Shown here one piece after another: positions 12,957 to 22,378 of a stretch of DNA of 64,000 bases. Below the pieces are notes generated by a model. It made no database searches. It was given only the letters and a program-made list of their open reading frames with translations, and was not told the origin of the DNA. Both the position numbers and the translations under genes were made by a program. This stretch comes from Ruminococcus flavefaciens (lineage in GTDB: Bacteria > Bacillota > Clostridia > Oscillospirales > Ruminococcaceae). Within the stretch, counting starts at the first letter, position 1, and every line of letters begins with the position of its first letter. The stretch spans positions 157,437 through 221,436 of the forward strand of contig CAMORW010000001.1 of NCBI GenBank assembly GCA_946624075.1, written 5' to 3'.

Positions 12957-13703
12957 TCATGCTGTTTTTACTGTAAGAGGAACGAATTCTCCGCCCAGTC
13001 TCTTTGAGATAGCATCGAATGCCTTGAGTGCTTCGGATTCCGTAGGGATAGGATTACCTGTTCCTGTTGCTACAGTCATCTTGAAGTCATCCGGGATAAC
13101 TCCTATGAGCTGTACTCCTACCTTATCTATGATCTCGTCCAGGTTTGCTACGAGCTGCATTCCTATTACCTTCTTGCTTACCTTGTTGATGATAAGTCTC
13201 TGGCTCTTGTTGCCTCTGTTGTAGAACTCATCTGACATCAGGCTCGCATCACGGATACATACCTGATCCGGTGTTGAGATAACAAGGATGAGGTTTGCCT
13301 GCTCTACTATATCGAATACATGTGAGTTGATACCTGCGCCGGTATCTATGATTATGTACTCAAAGTACTTCTTTACTGATGAACATATATCAACTATCTG
13401 TTCCGCTGATACAGGAGTAAGTGTCTTAGGCGCACAAAGCAGACTGAGGTTATTAGCCATCGGTACCTGAGCGACTGCATCAAGTGCTTTCTTCTTGCCG
13501 CTGAGTACGTCACCAAGATCATATGAGATGGTGTTCTCCATGCCGAACATGATGTCGAGACATCTGAGTCCGAAATCAAGCTCTATTATCAGTGTTCTGT
13601 GCCCCTGCTTTGCGAGGGTATATCCCAGACCTGCACATACAGTTGACTTACCTGTGCCTCCTTTACCTGATGTTACTGCTATAATCTTAGAATTCTCTGC
13701 CAT
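12957..13703 (-). CDS. minD: MinD-family ATPase
   Basis: Deviant Walker A TSGKGGTGKST, D.GLR.LD, IIDTGAG; start moved to ATG 13703. Confidence 0.85.
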   Translation of the reverse strand: MAENSKIIAVTSGKGGTGKSTVCAGLGYTLAKQGHRTLIIELDFGLRCLDIMFGMENTISYDLGDVLSGKKKALDAVAQVPMANNLSLLCAPKTLTPVSAEQIVDICSSVKKYFEYIIIDTGAGINSHVFDIVEQANLILVISTPDQVCIRDASLMSDEFYNRGNKSQRLIINKVSKKVIGMQLVANLDEIIDKVGVQLIGVIPDDFKMTVATGTGNPIPTESEALKAFDAISKRLGGEFVPLTVKTA

Positions 13704-13793
13704 AGCTGATCCTTTCCGACATCCGTATTCCGAAACAGTAAACTGCTGCACGGCATCGGACTCTTATTTTTTCATAATATTAACCTAAAATAT

Positions 13794-13822
13794 ATTATAT
13801 CACAAAATATCAATAATGTCAA
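13794..13822 (-). promoter_or_regulatory. Sigma-A promoter of the minD-mgsA-hisS-aspS unit
   Basis: Perfect TTGACA-N17-TATAAT. Confidence 0.8.
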
Positions 13823-13898
13823 AGGAGTTTTTTATGCAAAACTTAATATTGTGCAATTCATCACTTTTCACTGCTGATTATTGTGAATATCTTACAAA

Positions 13899-14399
13899 TC
13901 ATCGGTTAAGTTTATCTATAATTTTACTTACTGTCTCTTCAACTCCGCAGCCCGTCTCGTCGATCGTTATGTCTGCGTACTTTTCATACAGCGGTATTCT
14001 TTCAGCATATATATCGCGAAGTTCCTGCCCTGCTCTGAGAACTACTCCGCGCTGCTGTATATTATCAAGACGGCGGCTGAGTTCGTCATAGCCAAGTTCC
14101 AGATAAACGATCTTTCCAAGCAATGAAAGCTTTTCCATCGCCTCTGTGCCGTAGACCACGCTGCCTCCGGTAGCGATAACAGTGCTTTCAGCTTCTATCT
14201 CGCTGACGATCCTGTTTTCGGCTGCTATGAATCCTTCAACACCTTCTTCGGCTATTATCTGCCTCAGCAGTCTGCCTTCCGTATTCTGGATCACAAGATC
14301 GGTGTCCATAAAGCTGTATCCAAGCAGTTTTGCAAGGATAACGCCTGCTGTGCTCTTGCCTGCGCCTGGCATGCCGATAAGTATCACATTGTTTTTCAT
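13899..14399 (-). CDS. aroK: Shikimate kinase
   Basis: GMPGAGKST, DTD, GVEGFIAAE, ATGGSVV, R.PLY. Confidence 0.92.
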   Translation of the reverse strand: MKNNVILIGMPGAGKSTAGVILAKLLGYSFMDTDLVIQNTEGRLLRQIIAEEGVEGFIAAENRIVSEIEAESTVIATGGSVVYGTEAMEKLSLLGKIVYLELGYDELSRRLDNIQQRGVVLRAGQELRDIYAERIPLYEKYADITIDETGCGVEETVSKIIDKLNR

Positions 14400-14432
14400 A
14401 TCAGTATCCCCTGCTTACTTATTAATATTATT

Positions 14433-14517
14433 ATTTTACACTTTTTTCGGTGATTTGTCAATAGCAGGCAGACCATATATTGCGGTATTTGACAGTTGCT
14501 GCATTATATGGTAACAT
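14433..14517. promoter_or_regulatory. Divergent sigma-A promoters for aroK and the radical SAM gene
   Basis: Minus strand: TTGACA-N17-TAAAAT (14461-14433). Plus strand: TTGACA-N17-TAACAT (14489-14517). Confidence 0.7.
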
Positions 14518-14535
14518 ATCAACAGAGGTGAGAGC

Positions 14536-15474
14536 ATGAGCGGAACATTCAAATATTCTTCCGACAACAAGAGATACCATACACTTAACTATCATAATTA
14601 CGCTGTTTTCGGGCAGAAAGTCTTCAAAGCTGTCATTGACTGCGGATTTACATGCCCTAACGCTGATGGTACTAAAGGTTATGGCGGCTGTATATTCTGT
14701 GACGGCGGAAGCGGTTATTTTACGCATCCGGGCATTTCTGTGACCGGACAGCTGCACTCCGAAATGGAACGGATCATGTCAAAAACAGGCAAAAAAGTCC
14801 CGGTGATCGCATACTTTCAGGCAAACACCAACACCTATGCTCCGGTAAATGTTCTCAGAAAGCTTTTCTATGAGGCGCTGTCCTATCCGGGGATATGCGG
14901 TATTTCCATAGGCACAAGGGCAGACTGCCTTCCGCCGGATGTTCTTGATCTTCTCTCAGAGCTCAACTGCAAAACCGCACTGACTGTGGAACTGGGGATG
15001 CAGTCTGTACACGAAAATACGATATCTGCCATTAACCGTGGATATACCCACAAGGAGTTTCTCAAAGGCTACTTCGCTCTCAAAGAACGCGGCATCCGGA
15101 CTTGTCTCCATATCATCAACGGATTGCCCGGCGAAACTGAGGATATGATGCTCGAAACTGCACGTCAGACCGCTTTGCTCGCTCCTGATGCGGTGAAACT
15201 CCAGATGCTCCATGTAATACGCGGCACTGCGCTGGAAAAACTATTCCTGCAAGGTGAATTCCAGCTGCTTTCAAGAGATGAGTATATCAGTATCATCGTT
15301 AAACAGCTCGAACTCCTGCCGCCCGAAACTGTCATAGAGCGCATCACCGGTGACGGTGACAGAAACAAGCTTGTTGCTCCGATGTGGAGTGCGGACAAAA
15401 TAGCCGTCCTCGGCGGTATTGATAAAAAACTCGCGGAACTTGATTCTTATCAGGGGAAGAATTTCACACGATGA
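14536..15474 (+). CDS. TIGR01212-family (YhcC/YtqA-like) radical SAM protein
   Basis: GFTCPN.DGT.G.GGCIFC, YFQA.TNTY, GTR.DC, VELG.QS, H.I.GLPGE. Confidence 0.92.
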   Translation: MSGTFKYSSDNKRYHTLNYHNYAVFGQKVFKAVIDCGFTCPNADGTKGYGGCIFCDGGSGYFTHPGISVTGQLHSEMERIMSKTGKKVPVIAYFQANTNTYAPVNVLRKLFYEALSYPGICGISIGTRADCLPPDVLDLLSELNCKTALTVELGMQSVHENTISAINRGYTHKEFLKGYFALKERGIRTCLHIINGLPGETEDMMLETARQTALLAPDAVKLQMLHVIRGTALEKLFLQGEFQLLSRDEYISIIVKQLELLPPETVIERITGDGDRNKLVAPMWSADKIAVLGGIDKKLAELDSYQGKNFTR

Positions 15475-15547
15475 TCCATCTCCGGCGTGGAAAGATCCTG
15501 TGTTCTCCGGGTTTTCTGCGTTTTATTCGTTTTTCCATAATACGTTC

Positions 15548-15644
15548 TAAGCAGCGTGACGCTGCACCATTGATCGCGGCATTTTTTATGAACGTCAAGT
15601 TTTTTTGCGCGTCTCTTGCTATTTTATTCACTATATGTTATAAT
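15548..15644 (+). repeat. Solo copy of the 94-bp dispersed element, inverted relative to the 43670 array; contains a TTGCTA-N17-TATAAT promoter
   Basis: Aligns by hand to the reverse complement of array unit 1 with about 10 mismatches and 1 indel over ~96 nt. Confidence 0.9.
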
Positions 15645-15680
15645 GGGTATATAATTTCCGATACGGAGGAATATGAATAT

Positions 15681-16913
15681 ATGATAACTTACGATAATGC
15701 TAAAAATATTCTCAGCAATTATGGTCAGGAACACGTCCTGAAATACTACGAATCACTCTCCGATACCGAAAAAAGCGATCTCCTTTCGCAGATCGAACAG
15801 ACCGACTTCTCGGTGCTCGATAATCTCAGCAAAGATAAGGATATCCGTGCTTCACGCGGAGAATTCGCTCCGCTCGGTGCAGTAACTATAAATGATATCG
15901 CTGCTAATAAAGACAGGTATGAACAGGTCGGTCTCGATGCTATCAAAGCCGGCAAAACTGCTGCTGTCCTTCTCGCCGGCGGTCAGGGCACACGTCTCGG
16001 TTTCGATAAGCCCAAGGGCATGTTCAATATCGGTGTAAACAGAGAACTCTTCATTTTTGAATGCCTTATCAACAACCTTATGGATGTTGTCAAAAAAGCA
16101 GGTGTGTGGATACCGCTCTATATCATGACAAGTGAAAAAAATCACGATGACACTGTCGGGTTCTTCAAAGAGAAGGATTTCTTCGGATATGACAGCGGTC
16201 ATGTTTTCTTCTTCATGCAGGATATGGCGCCGTCCGTTGACCACAGCGGCAAGGTGTATATGGAGAGCCCATCCCGCATCTCTCTTTCTCCTAACGGAAA
16301 CGGCGGCTGGTTCTCTTCACTCGTGCGTGCCGGCCTTCTGGAGGATATCCGCAGAAAAGGCATAGAATGGCTGAATATCTTCGCTGTGGATAACGTTTTG
16401 CAGCGTATCGCTGATCCGCTTTTCATAGGCGCTGTCATTGATTCAGGTATGCAGTCCGGCAGTAAGGTCGTTGCTAAAAGTACTCCGGATGAGCGTGTAG
16501 GCGTTCTTTGCCTTGAGGACGGTATGCCGTCTATTGTTGAATACTACGAGATGACCGACGAGATGCGCTCTCTGCGCAACGAAAACGGCGAGCTGGCGTA
16601 TAAGTTCGGCGTTATACTCAATTACCTGTTCAGTGTAGATAAACTGGTCGATATCCTCGACAGAAAGCTGCCGGTCCATATAGTCGAAAAGAAAATACCG
16701 CATATGGACGAAAACGGCATTTCAGTCGCACCTGATAAACCGAACGGCTACAAGTTCGAAAACCTCGTTCTCGATATGGTGCATATGCAGGACAGCTGTC
16801 TTGCGTTCGAAGTCGATAGAAGCAGAGAGTTCGCGCCTGTCAAAAACGCTTCAGGTGTCGATTCTGTTGACACTGCACGAGAGCTCCTTGCTCAGAACGG
16901 CGTTACATTATAA
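15681..16913 (+). CDS. UDPGP-family UDP-sugar pyrophosphorylase (UDP-GlcNAc pyrophosphorylase-like)
   Basis: LLAGGQGTRLG..PKG, YIMTS, PNGNGG, VDN.L, VEYYE, KFE..V.D; ATG 15681 after GGAGG. Confidence 0.9.
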   Translation: MITYDNAKNILSNYGQEHVLKYYESLSDTEKSDLLSQIEQTDFSVLDNLSKDKDIRASRGEFAPLGAVTINDIAANKDRYEQVGLDAIKAGKTAAVLLAGGQGTRLGFDKPKGMFNIGVNRELFIFECLINNLMDVVKKAGVWIPLYIMTSEKNHDDTVGFFKEKDFFGYDSGHVFFFMQDMAPSVDHSGKVYMESPSRISLSPNGNGGWFSSLVRAGLLEDIRRKGIEWLNIFAVDNVLQRIADPLFIGAVIDSGMQSGSKVVAKSTPDERVGVLCLEDGMPSIVEYYEMTDEMRSLRNENGELAYKFGVILNYLFSVDKLVDILDRKLPVHIVEKKIPHMDENGISVAPDKPNGYKFENLVLDMVHMQDSCLAFEVDRSREFAPVKNASGVDSVDTARELLAQNGVTL

Positions 16914-16971
16914 GATGACAAAGGGCGGATTCTATATCCGCCCGATAATTTAGTATAAAGGATTTTGGTAA

Positions 16972-18702
16972 ATGAGACCTCTGCTTAAATATCTGAAGAA
17001 TTATAAGAAAGAACTGCTGCTCGGTCCGTTCTTTAAGCTGTTGGAAGCTATTTTCGAACTTATGGTGCCTGTTGTTATGGCTAAAATAATAGACAACGGC
17101 ATCGCCGAAAATGACAGCGCTTATATACTGAAAATGAGCGGACTCATCGTGCTGCTCGGCTTCTGCGGTCTTGGCTTTGCACTCACATGTCAGTTCTTCG
17201 CGGCAAGATGCGCTTACGGATTCGGCACGGAACTCCGTTCCGCTCTTTACAGGCATATCAGTACTCTGTCATACAGCAGCGTTGACAAGATCGGTGCTTC
17301 TTCACTGGTGAACCGGCTTACTAATGACACGAACACCGTTCAGAACGGTGTGAACATGTTCATCAGGCTGGCTACAAGATCGCCGTTTCTCGTCATAGGT
17401 GCAGCTGTGATGTCCGTCACCATTGATCTGAAACTGTCACTGATATTCTTCGTCGTCGCTCCTCTTATATCTGCTGTGATATTCATCATAATGCGCAGGA
17501 CAGTCCCCATGTACAAAAAGACTCAGCAGAGGCTCGACCGTGCTTCTACACTTACCCGTGAAAGCCTCGAAGGTGCTCGTGTTATAAGGGCTTTCTCGCG
17601 TCAGGAGGAAGAGATAAAGGAATTTTCGGAAGCTGTGGATGATATCGCCGATAGTTCCATTTCCGTCGGCAAGATATCGGCTATACTGAACCCGGTCGCT
17701 TTTATGGTCATGAACCTCGGCATAGTCGCTATACTCTGGTTCGGAGGTGTCCGCATTGACAGCGGGAGCCTCACTCAGGGAGAACTCACGGCGTTCACAA
17801 ACTATATGACACAGATCCTGCTCGCTCTGCTCGTTCTCGCTAATCTCATCGTTATATTCACCAAGGCTCTGGCTTCGGCTAATCGTATCAGCGAAGTTTT
17901 TGCCATTCCGTCCGAAGTCTCAGGAGATGCAGAAAGTGCTCCTTCTGATGATGCGGTAATCGAATTCCGTGACGTTTCATTCGCTTATGAAACAGCAGGA
18001 GATCATTCAGTAAAGAATATAAGCTTCTCCATAAATAAAGGTCAGATGCTCGGTATAATCGGCGGTACAGGCAGCGGTAAATCCACTCTCGCACGTCTTA
18101 TACCAAGATTCTATCCTGCTACTTCAGGACAAGTTCTCATTAACGGCACTGATGTCAATGAACTGGATCTGGTGTCACTCCGCCGAAGAATCGGTGTTGT
18201 GCCTCAGAAAGCTGTGCTGTTCTCAGGTTCGATACGCGAAAATATGCAGTGGAGAAAAGAGAATGCCTCGGATGCTGAGATAATCTCAGCACTGAAAACA
18301 GCTCAGGCATGGGAATTCGTTTCAAAAATGCCGGACTGCCTCGACTCCCGTGTATCCCAGGGAGGAAGGAATTTTTCCGGCGGTCAGCGGCAGAGACTCT
18401 CTATTGCCCGGGCTATTGTCGGCTCTCCGGATATCCTGATCCTTGATGACTCCACAAGCGCTCTCGACTATGCCACCGATCTTAAACTGCGTCAGGCACT
18501 CAGAGATGACCTGTCAGATACTACTGTAGTCATGATATCCCAGCGCACAACGTCACTTAAAGACGCTGACCTCATCATTGTCATGGATGACGGCAAGGCT
18601 GCCGGTATCGGTACTAATTCACAGCTTCTCAGCAGCTGTGAGGTCTACCGCGAGATCTATGATTCACAGATGAATGAAAAGGAGGAGAACAGAAATGCGT
18701 AA
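16972..18702 (+). CDS. Heterodimeric ABC exporter, TMD-NBD subunit (degenerate site)
   Basis: Six-TM N-terminus, GGTGSGKST, FSGGQRQR, Walker B ILDDSTS (D for E), SQR switch. Confidence 0.93.
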   Translation: MRPLLKYLKNYKKELLLGPFFKLLEAIFELMVPVVMAKIIDNGIAENDSAYILKMSGLIVLLGFCGLGFALTCQFFAARCAYGFGTELRSALYRHISTLSYSSVDKIGASSLVNRLTNDTNTVQNGVNMFIRLATRSPFLVIGAAVMSVTIDLKLSLIFFVVAPLISAVIFIIMRRTVPMYKKTQQRLDRASTLTRESLEGARVIRAFSRQEEEIKEFSEAVDDIADSSISVGKISAILNPVAFMVMNLGIVAILWFGGVRIDSGSLTQGELTAFTNYMTQILLALLVLANLIVIFTKALASANRISEVFAIPSEVSGDAESAPSDDAVIEFRDVSFAYETAGDHSVKNISFSINKGQMLGIIGGTGSGKSTLARLIPRFYPATSGQVLINGTDVNELDLVSLRRRIGVVPQKAVLFSGSIRENMQWRKENASDAEIISALKTAQAWEFVSKMPDCLDSRVSQGGRNFSGGQRQRLSIARAIVGSPDILILDDSTSALDYATDLKLRQALRDDLSDTTVVMISQRTTSLKDADLIIVMDDGKAAGIGTNSQLLSSCEVYREIYDSQMNEKEENRNA

Positions 18703-20434
18703 AACTCTCGGAAGATTGTTCTCCTATGCCAAGCCGTACATCGCTTACTTTATACTCACTCTCATATTCGCAGCAGCCGGCATTTCTCTCTCACTTGCAG
18801 TTCCAGTCTTCATAGGCGACGCCGTTGACTGCTGTGCAGGCAAAGGCAACGTTGATTTCAGCAGACTGAAACGCATAGCCGCTCTGCTTGCGGCTATGGT
18901 CGCCGGAAGTACCCTGTTCCAGTGGCTGATGAGCCTGTGTACCAACAAACTCGCTTTTCTCACAGTCCGTGACCTGAGAGCTGATGTTTTCAATAAGCTG
19001 GAACGTGTGCCGCTCAGATATATAGACCAGCATACAAAAGGCGAACTCACCAGCCGCGTCATCAACGATATCGAGATCGTGTCAGACGGTCTGCTCCAGG
19101 GATTCACTCAGTTCTTCAGCGGTGTCATCACCATAATAGGCACGCTTATCTTCATGATGACTATCAACGTCAGGATAGCCGTTGTGGTCGTAATAATGAC
19201 TCCCCTCTCATTCATCGCCGCTTCAAGGATCGCTAAAGCTTCCCATGATTCGTACATGCAGCAGTCAAAACTTCGCGGTGAAATGGTCGGTTTCGCTGAA
19301 GAAATGGCAGGAAACCAGAAACTCGTCAAAGCTTTCGGCTACGACGAACGCGCTCAGCGCAGATTTGATGAGATAAATGCCGAAAATGGCAGGATAGGTG
19401 CAAAAGCTACGTTTTTCAGCTCCATGAGCAATCCTACCACAAGATTTGTGAACGGGCTAATATATGCGGCTGTCGGTCTGCTCGGTGCTCTCGGCGTTGC
19501 AGGACATTCTTCTTTCGTAGGCAGAATGTCTGTGGGCAAGCTCTCAAGTTTCCTCGCTTACTCCAATCAGTATACAAAGCCTTTCAATGAAATATCGGGC
19601 GTTTTTGCTGAACTCCAGAACGCTGTGGCGTCTGCTCAGAGAGTGTTCGACGTCCTCGATGAAGAGGAAGTGCCCGACGATTCTGATAAAGAGATACTCG
19701 CATCTCCCGACGGCAGTCTCAGGTTCTCCGACGTGTTTTTCTCCTATACCGATAAGGTGAAGCTCATACAGGATTTCAGTCTCGATGTACGTCCAGGTGA
19801 ACGTGTTGCTATCGTTGGTCCGACCGGATGCGGAAAATCTACTATCATAAATCTGCTGCTGAGATTCTACGACGTCAATTCCGGTTCTATCGAGATATCC
19901 GGAAAGAACATCAATGATATCACAAGAGACAGCCTGCGCAGTAATTTCGGTATGGTATTGCAGGAGACATGGATATTCACTGGTACAGTCGCTGAGAATA
20001 TCGCTTACGGTGTGCCTGATGCTTCACGCGAGCAGATCATAGAAGCAGCTAAGGCTGTCTATGCGCATGGCTTCATCAAGCGTCTGCCTAATGGATACGA
20101 TACGGTGATAACTGAGGACAGCGGTCTCTCACAGGGACAAAAGCAGCTCATCTGTATCGCGCGTATAATGCTTATGAATCCGCCGATGCTCATCCTTGAT
20201 GAGGCTACAAGCTCCATTGATCTGCGCACTGAACTGCGTATACAGAAAGCTTTCCGCAGGCTCATGGAGGGCAGAACGAGCTTTATAATCGCTCACCGAC
20301 TGTCTACCATAAAGAATTCGGATACTATCCTCGTTATGCAGCACGGAAACATCATCGAACAGGGCAGCCATGATGAACTCATTGCCGCAAACGGTTTCTA
20401 CGCTGAACTGTATAACAGTCAGTTTGCTTCATAA
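18695..20434 (+). CDS. Heterodimeric ABC exporter, TMD-NBD subunit (consensus site)
   Basis: GPTGCGKST, LSQGQKQ, ILDEATS, IAHRLST; overlaps the partner stop; GGAGG RBS. Confidence 0.93.
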   Translation: MRKTLGRLFSYAKPYIAYFILTLIFAAAGISLSLAVPVFIGDAVDCCAGKGNVDFSRLKRIAALLAAMVAGSTLFQWLMSLCTNKLAFLTVRDLRADVFNKLERVPLRYIDQHTKGELTSRVINDIEIVSDGLLQGFTQFFSGVITIIGTLIFMMTINVRIAVVVVIMTPLSFIAASRIAKASHDSYMQQSKLRGEMVGFAEEMAGNQKLVKAFGYDERAQRRFDEINAENGRIGAKATFFSSMSNPTTRFVNGLIYAAVGLLGALGVAGHSSFVGRMSVGKLSSFLAYSNQYTKPFNEISGVFAELQNAVASAQRVFDVLDEEEVPDDSDKEILASPDGSLRFSDVFFSYTDKVKLIQDFSLDVRPGERVAIVGPTGCGKSTIINLLLRFYDVNSGSIEISGKNINDITRDSLRSNFGMVLQETWIFTGTVAENIAYGVPDASREQIIEAAKAVYAHGFIKRLPNGYDTVITEDSGLSQGQKQLICIARIMLMNPPMLILDEATSSIDLRTELRIQKAFRRLMEGRTSFIIAHRLSTIKNSDTILVMQHGNIIEQGSHDELIAANGFYAELYNSQFAS

Positions 20435-20441
20435 AAAACAG

Positions 20442-20480
20442 AAATGCTCCCGGAAATCTCAGATTTCAGGGAGTATTTTT
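20442..20480. terminator. Bidirectional terminator between the ABC exporter and the GNAT gene
   Basis: AAATGCTCCC-G-GAAATC/GATTTC-A-GGGAGTATTT stem with A/T tails between convergent genes. Confidence 0.7.
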
Positions 20481-20495
20481 ATTCTCTGTACCTTA

Positions 20496-21239
20496 TCATC
20501 TCTTTACTGCGCCGATCTCTACCCATGCCGGGCTGAAGCCGCAGTTGAGCGCTACATTCATGGAGTTATAATTGGCAAGTGCTGTCCCGTAAAACGGGAT
20601 GTCGCCGTTCTCGATTATCTTTTCTTTAAGCAGGTTCACAAGATATGAACCTATGCCCTTGGAACGATACTTAGGGAGCACGTCTATGCCGATCTGCATC
20701 CAGTGAGGTGCGTCCTCCGAGCAGCCTGCCATGCCGAGAATCTCTCTGCCCTTGCATGCACACACAACTATCCTGTCAGGACGGTCCGGATCATACTGCG
20801 GACATATCGCATTCGGAAAACGGCTGTCACCGTAGAAACGATGTATCTCTTCATCTGTATACCAGCGTATATCCGCCTTGTTCCTGAGTTCAACATGCTT
20901 CTCGGGAAGATACATATGATGCGTCTCAGTGAGCGTGTATCCGTGTCCGGAAAGCGCCTGTTCAAGCTTTACGAGCTGCGGTATATCAAACAGCTTGTAT
21001 CCCAGTCCTTCGCGCATAAAGCTGGCCATGAAATTATCAAGGACATCATCGGCAGTTATGACTGCATTGCTGCCCAGTGTCACCATACTGAAAAACGGCT
21101 TCTCTTTGCTGTACATGCGTCTGCCTTCGTGCAGCTCTGATGTTGTGAGCACATTCTCTTCTATCCCGAAATCAGTTACGTCACAGCTGTACTCTATAGC
21201 GAGCAGTTTTTTCAGCTCTGTCAGATACTTATTGGACAT
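20496..21239 (-). CDS. GNAT-family acetyltransferase
   Basis: C-terminal QIGIDVLPKYRSKGIGSYL acetyl-CoA motif and N..S..VA..CGF; ATG 21239 after AGGAGGTG. Confidence 0.85.
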   Translation of the reverse strand: MSNKYLTELKKLLAIEYSCDVTDFGIEENVLTTSELHEGRRMYSKEKPFFSMVTLGSNAVITADDVLDNFMASFMREGLGYKLFDIPQLVKLEQALSGHGYTLTETHHMYLPEKHVELRNKADIRWYTDEEIHRFYGDSRFPNAICPQYDPDRPDRIVVCACKGREILGMAGCSEDAPHWMQIGIDVLPKYRSKGIGSYLVNLLKEKIIENGDIPFYGTALANYNSMNVALNCGFSPAWVEIGAVKR

Positions 21240-21260
21240 TTCACACCTCCTGATATAATT

Positions 21261-21291
21261 AAAAGCTGTCGCACTTTCGTGGACAGCTTTT
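21261..21291 (-). terminator. Terminator downstream of tRNA-Pro
   Basis: AAAAGCTGTC/GACAGCTTTT inverted repeat. Confidence 0.7.
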
Positions 21292-21313
21292 ATGGGGTAT
21301 TGCTGATCGCAAC

Positions 21314-21389
21314 TGGTCTGAGTGACGGGACTTGAACCCACGGCCTCTACCACCCCAAGGTAGCGCGCTACCAACTGCGCCACACCCAG
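21314..21389 (-). tRNA. tRNA-Pro (anticodon GGG)
   Basis: 76-nt cloverleaf: acceptor CTGGGTG/CACTCAG, anticodon arm CTACC-TTGGGGT-GGTAG, GGTTCAA T-loop, encoded CCA. Confidence 0.97.
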
Positions 21390-21421
21390 ACGTTTTACAT
21401 TCACCGCAATCAACGTTATAT

Positions 21422-21450
21422 ATTATATCACACTATTTTCGGTTTGTCAA
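21422..21450 (-). promoter_or_regulatory. Sigma-A promoter of tRNA-Pro
   Basis: Perfect TTGACA-N17-TATAAT. Confidence 0.8.
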
Positions 21451-21515
21451 TACCTTTTTTCAAAAAAATCAAAAAAATCGCACGCTTTTTTTCAGCGTGC
21501 GATCTTGTATAAGAA

Positions 21516-22211
21516 TTACTTTTCAGGTTCGATGAATCTGTGCAGGAATGTTGCTGCTACTGCACCGATCGCAGGTCCAAGTATGAATACCCATACCTGC
21601 TTGAGAGGATCTCCCATTGCAAAGATAGCAGGGAAAAGGCTTCTTGCAGGGTTTACAGATGTACCTGTGAGCGGGATGCCTACGATATGTACAAGTGTAA
21701 GTGTAAGACCTATCACGATACCAGCAAGCTTTCCATCCTCTGACTTCTTTGATGTAACGCTGAGGATAACAAATACAAATATGCATGTGAGAATGATCTC
21801 AACGAGAAGTCCTGCAAAGATACTGTCGTCAAGAGCTGTAAGTGCATTTGCACCCATTCCCCACTCGTCATCATCTCCGCTTGCAGTCATATCTTTACGA
21901 TCTGCCATGCCGAAGATTATACGGAGCATAAGTGTTCCGACAAATGAACCTGCACACTGTGAAACAACATATCCGATAAAATCGCTTGTTGTCATACCTC
22001 CGTTAAGGTAAACGCCCAGTGATACCGCAGGGTTCACATGACAGCCTGAGATCCTGCCGATACTGTATGCCATTGCAACTATGGTAAGACCAAAAGCAAA
22101 AGCAATAGCAAGTGTACCAACGCCACTCATTGCTGAGCCGCAGCCAATGAAGACCAGTGTAAATGTACCGATCATCTCAGCTACATACTTTTTGATTGAT
22201 GTCTGATTCAT
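21516..22211 (-). CDS. MIP-family channel (aquaporin Z-like)
   Basis: Two NPA motifs (HVNPAV, SVNPAR), AE..GTF, six TM helices. Confidence 0.93.
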   Translation of the reverse strand: MNQTSIKKYVAEMIGTFTLVFIGCGSAMSGVGTLAIAFAFGLTIVAMAYSIGRISGCHVNPAVSLGVYLNGGMTTSDFIGYVVSQCAGSFVGTLMLRIIFGMADRKDMTASGDDDEWGMGANALTALDDSIFAGLLVEIILTCIFVFVILSVTSKKSEDGKLAGIVIGLTLTLVHIVGIPLTGTSVNPARSLFPAIFAMGDPLKQVWVFILGPAIGAVAATFLHRFIEPEK

Positions 22212-22378
22212 GAATTTTTGCCTCCTTTTGTTAGTTTTACCGGAAACCGGCTAAGTTAATTATAGCACCTTATTCTTCCTGCGTCAATAATTCTGCTTAT
22301 TTTTATTATTATTTTTATTTTTAAACATAATAAAGCAGCTGCACCGGTCGCCCGGTAATGCAGCTGCTGTTTCAGTCA

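Noticed and set aside
15471-15680. 70-aa N-terminal extension of the pyrophosphorylase
   Set aside because: It runs through the repeat element and promoter; the GGAGG RBS supports ATG 15681.
16972-18702. Degenerate Walker B and switch residues in the first ABC subunit as a pseudogene signal
   Set aside because: This is the normal asymmetric design of heterodimeric type IV exporters (TM287/288-like).
20496-21314. Genomic island integrated at the tRNA-Pro 3' end
   Set aside because: No integrase, no duplicated tRNA 3' end found by eye, and GC matches the flanks.
21240-21413. N-terminal extension of the GNAT ORF across the tRNA
   Set aside because: The stretch is tRNA-Pro plus its terminator; the real start is the ATG at 21239 after AGGAGGTG.
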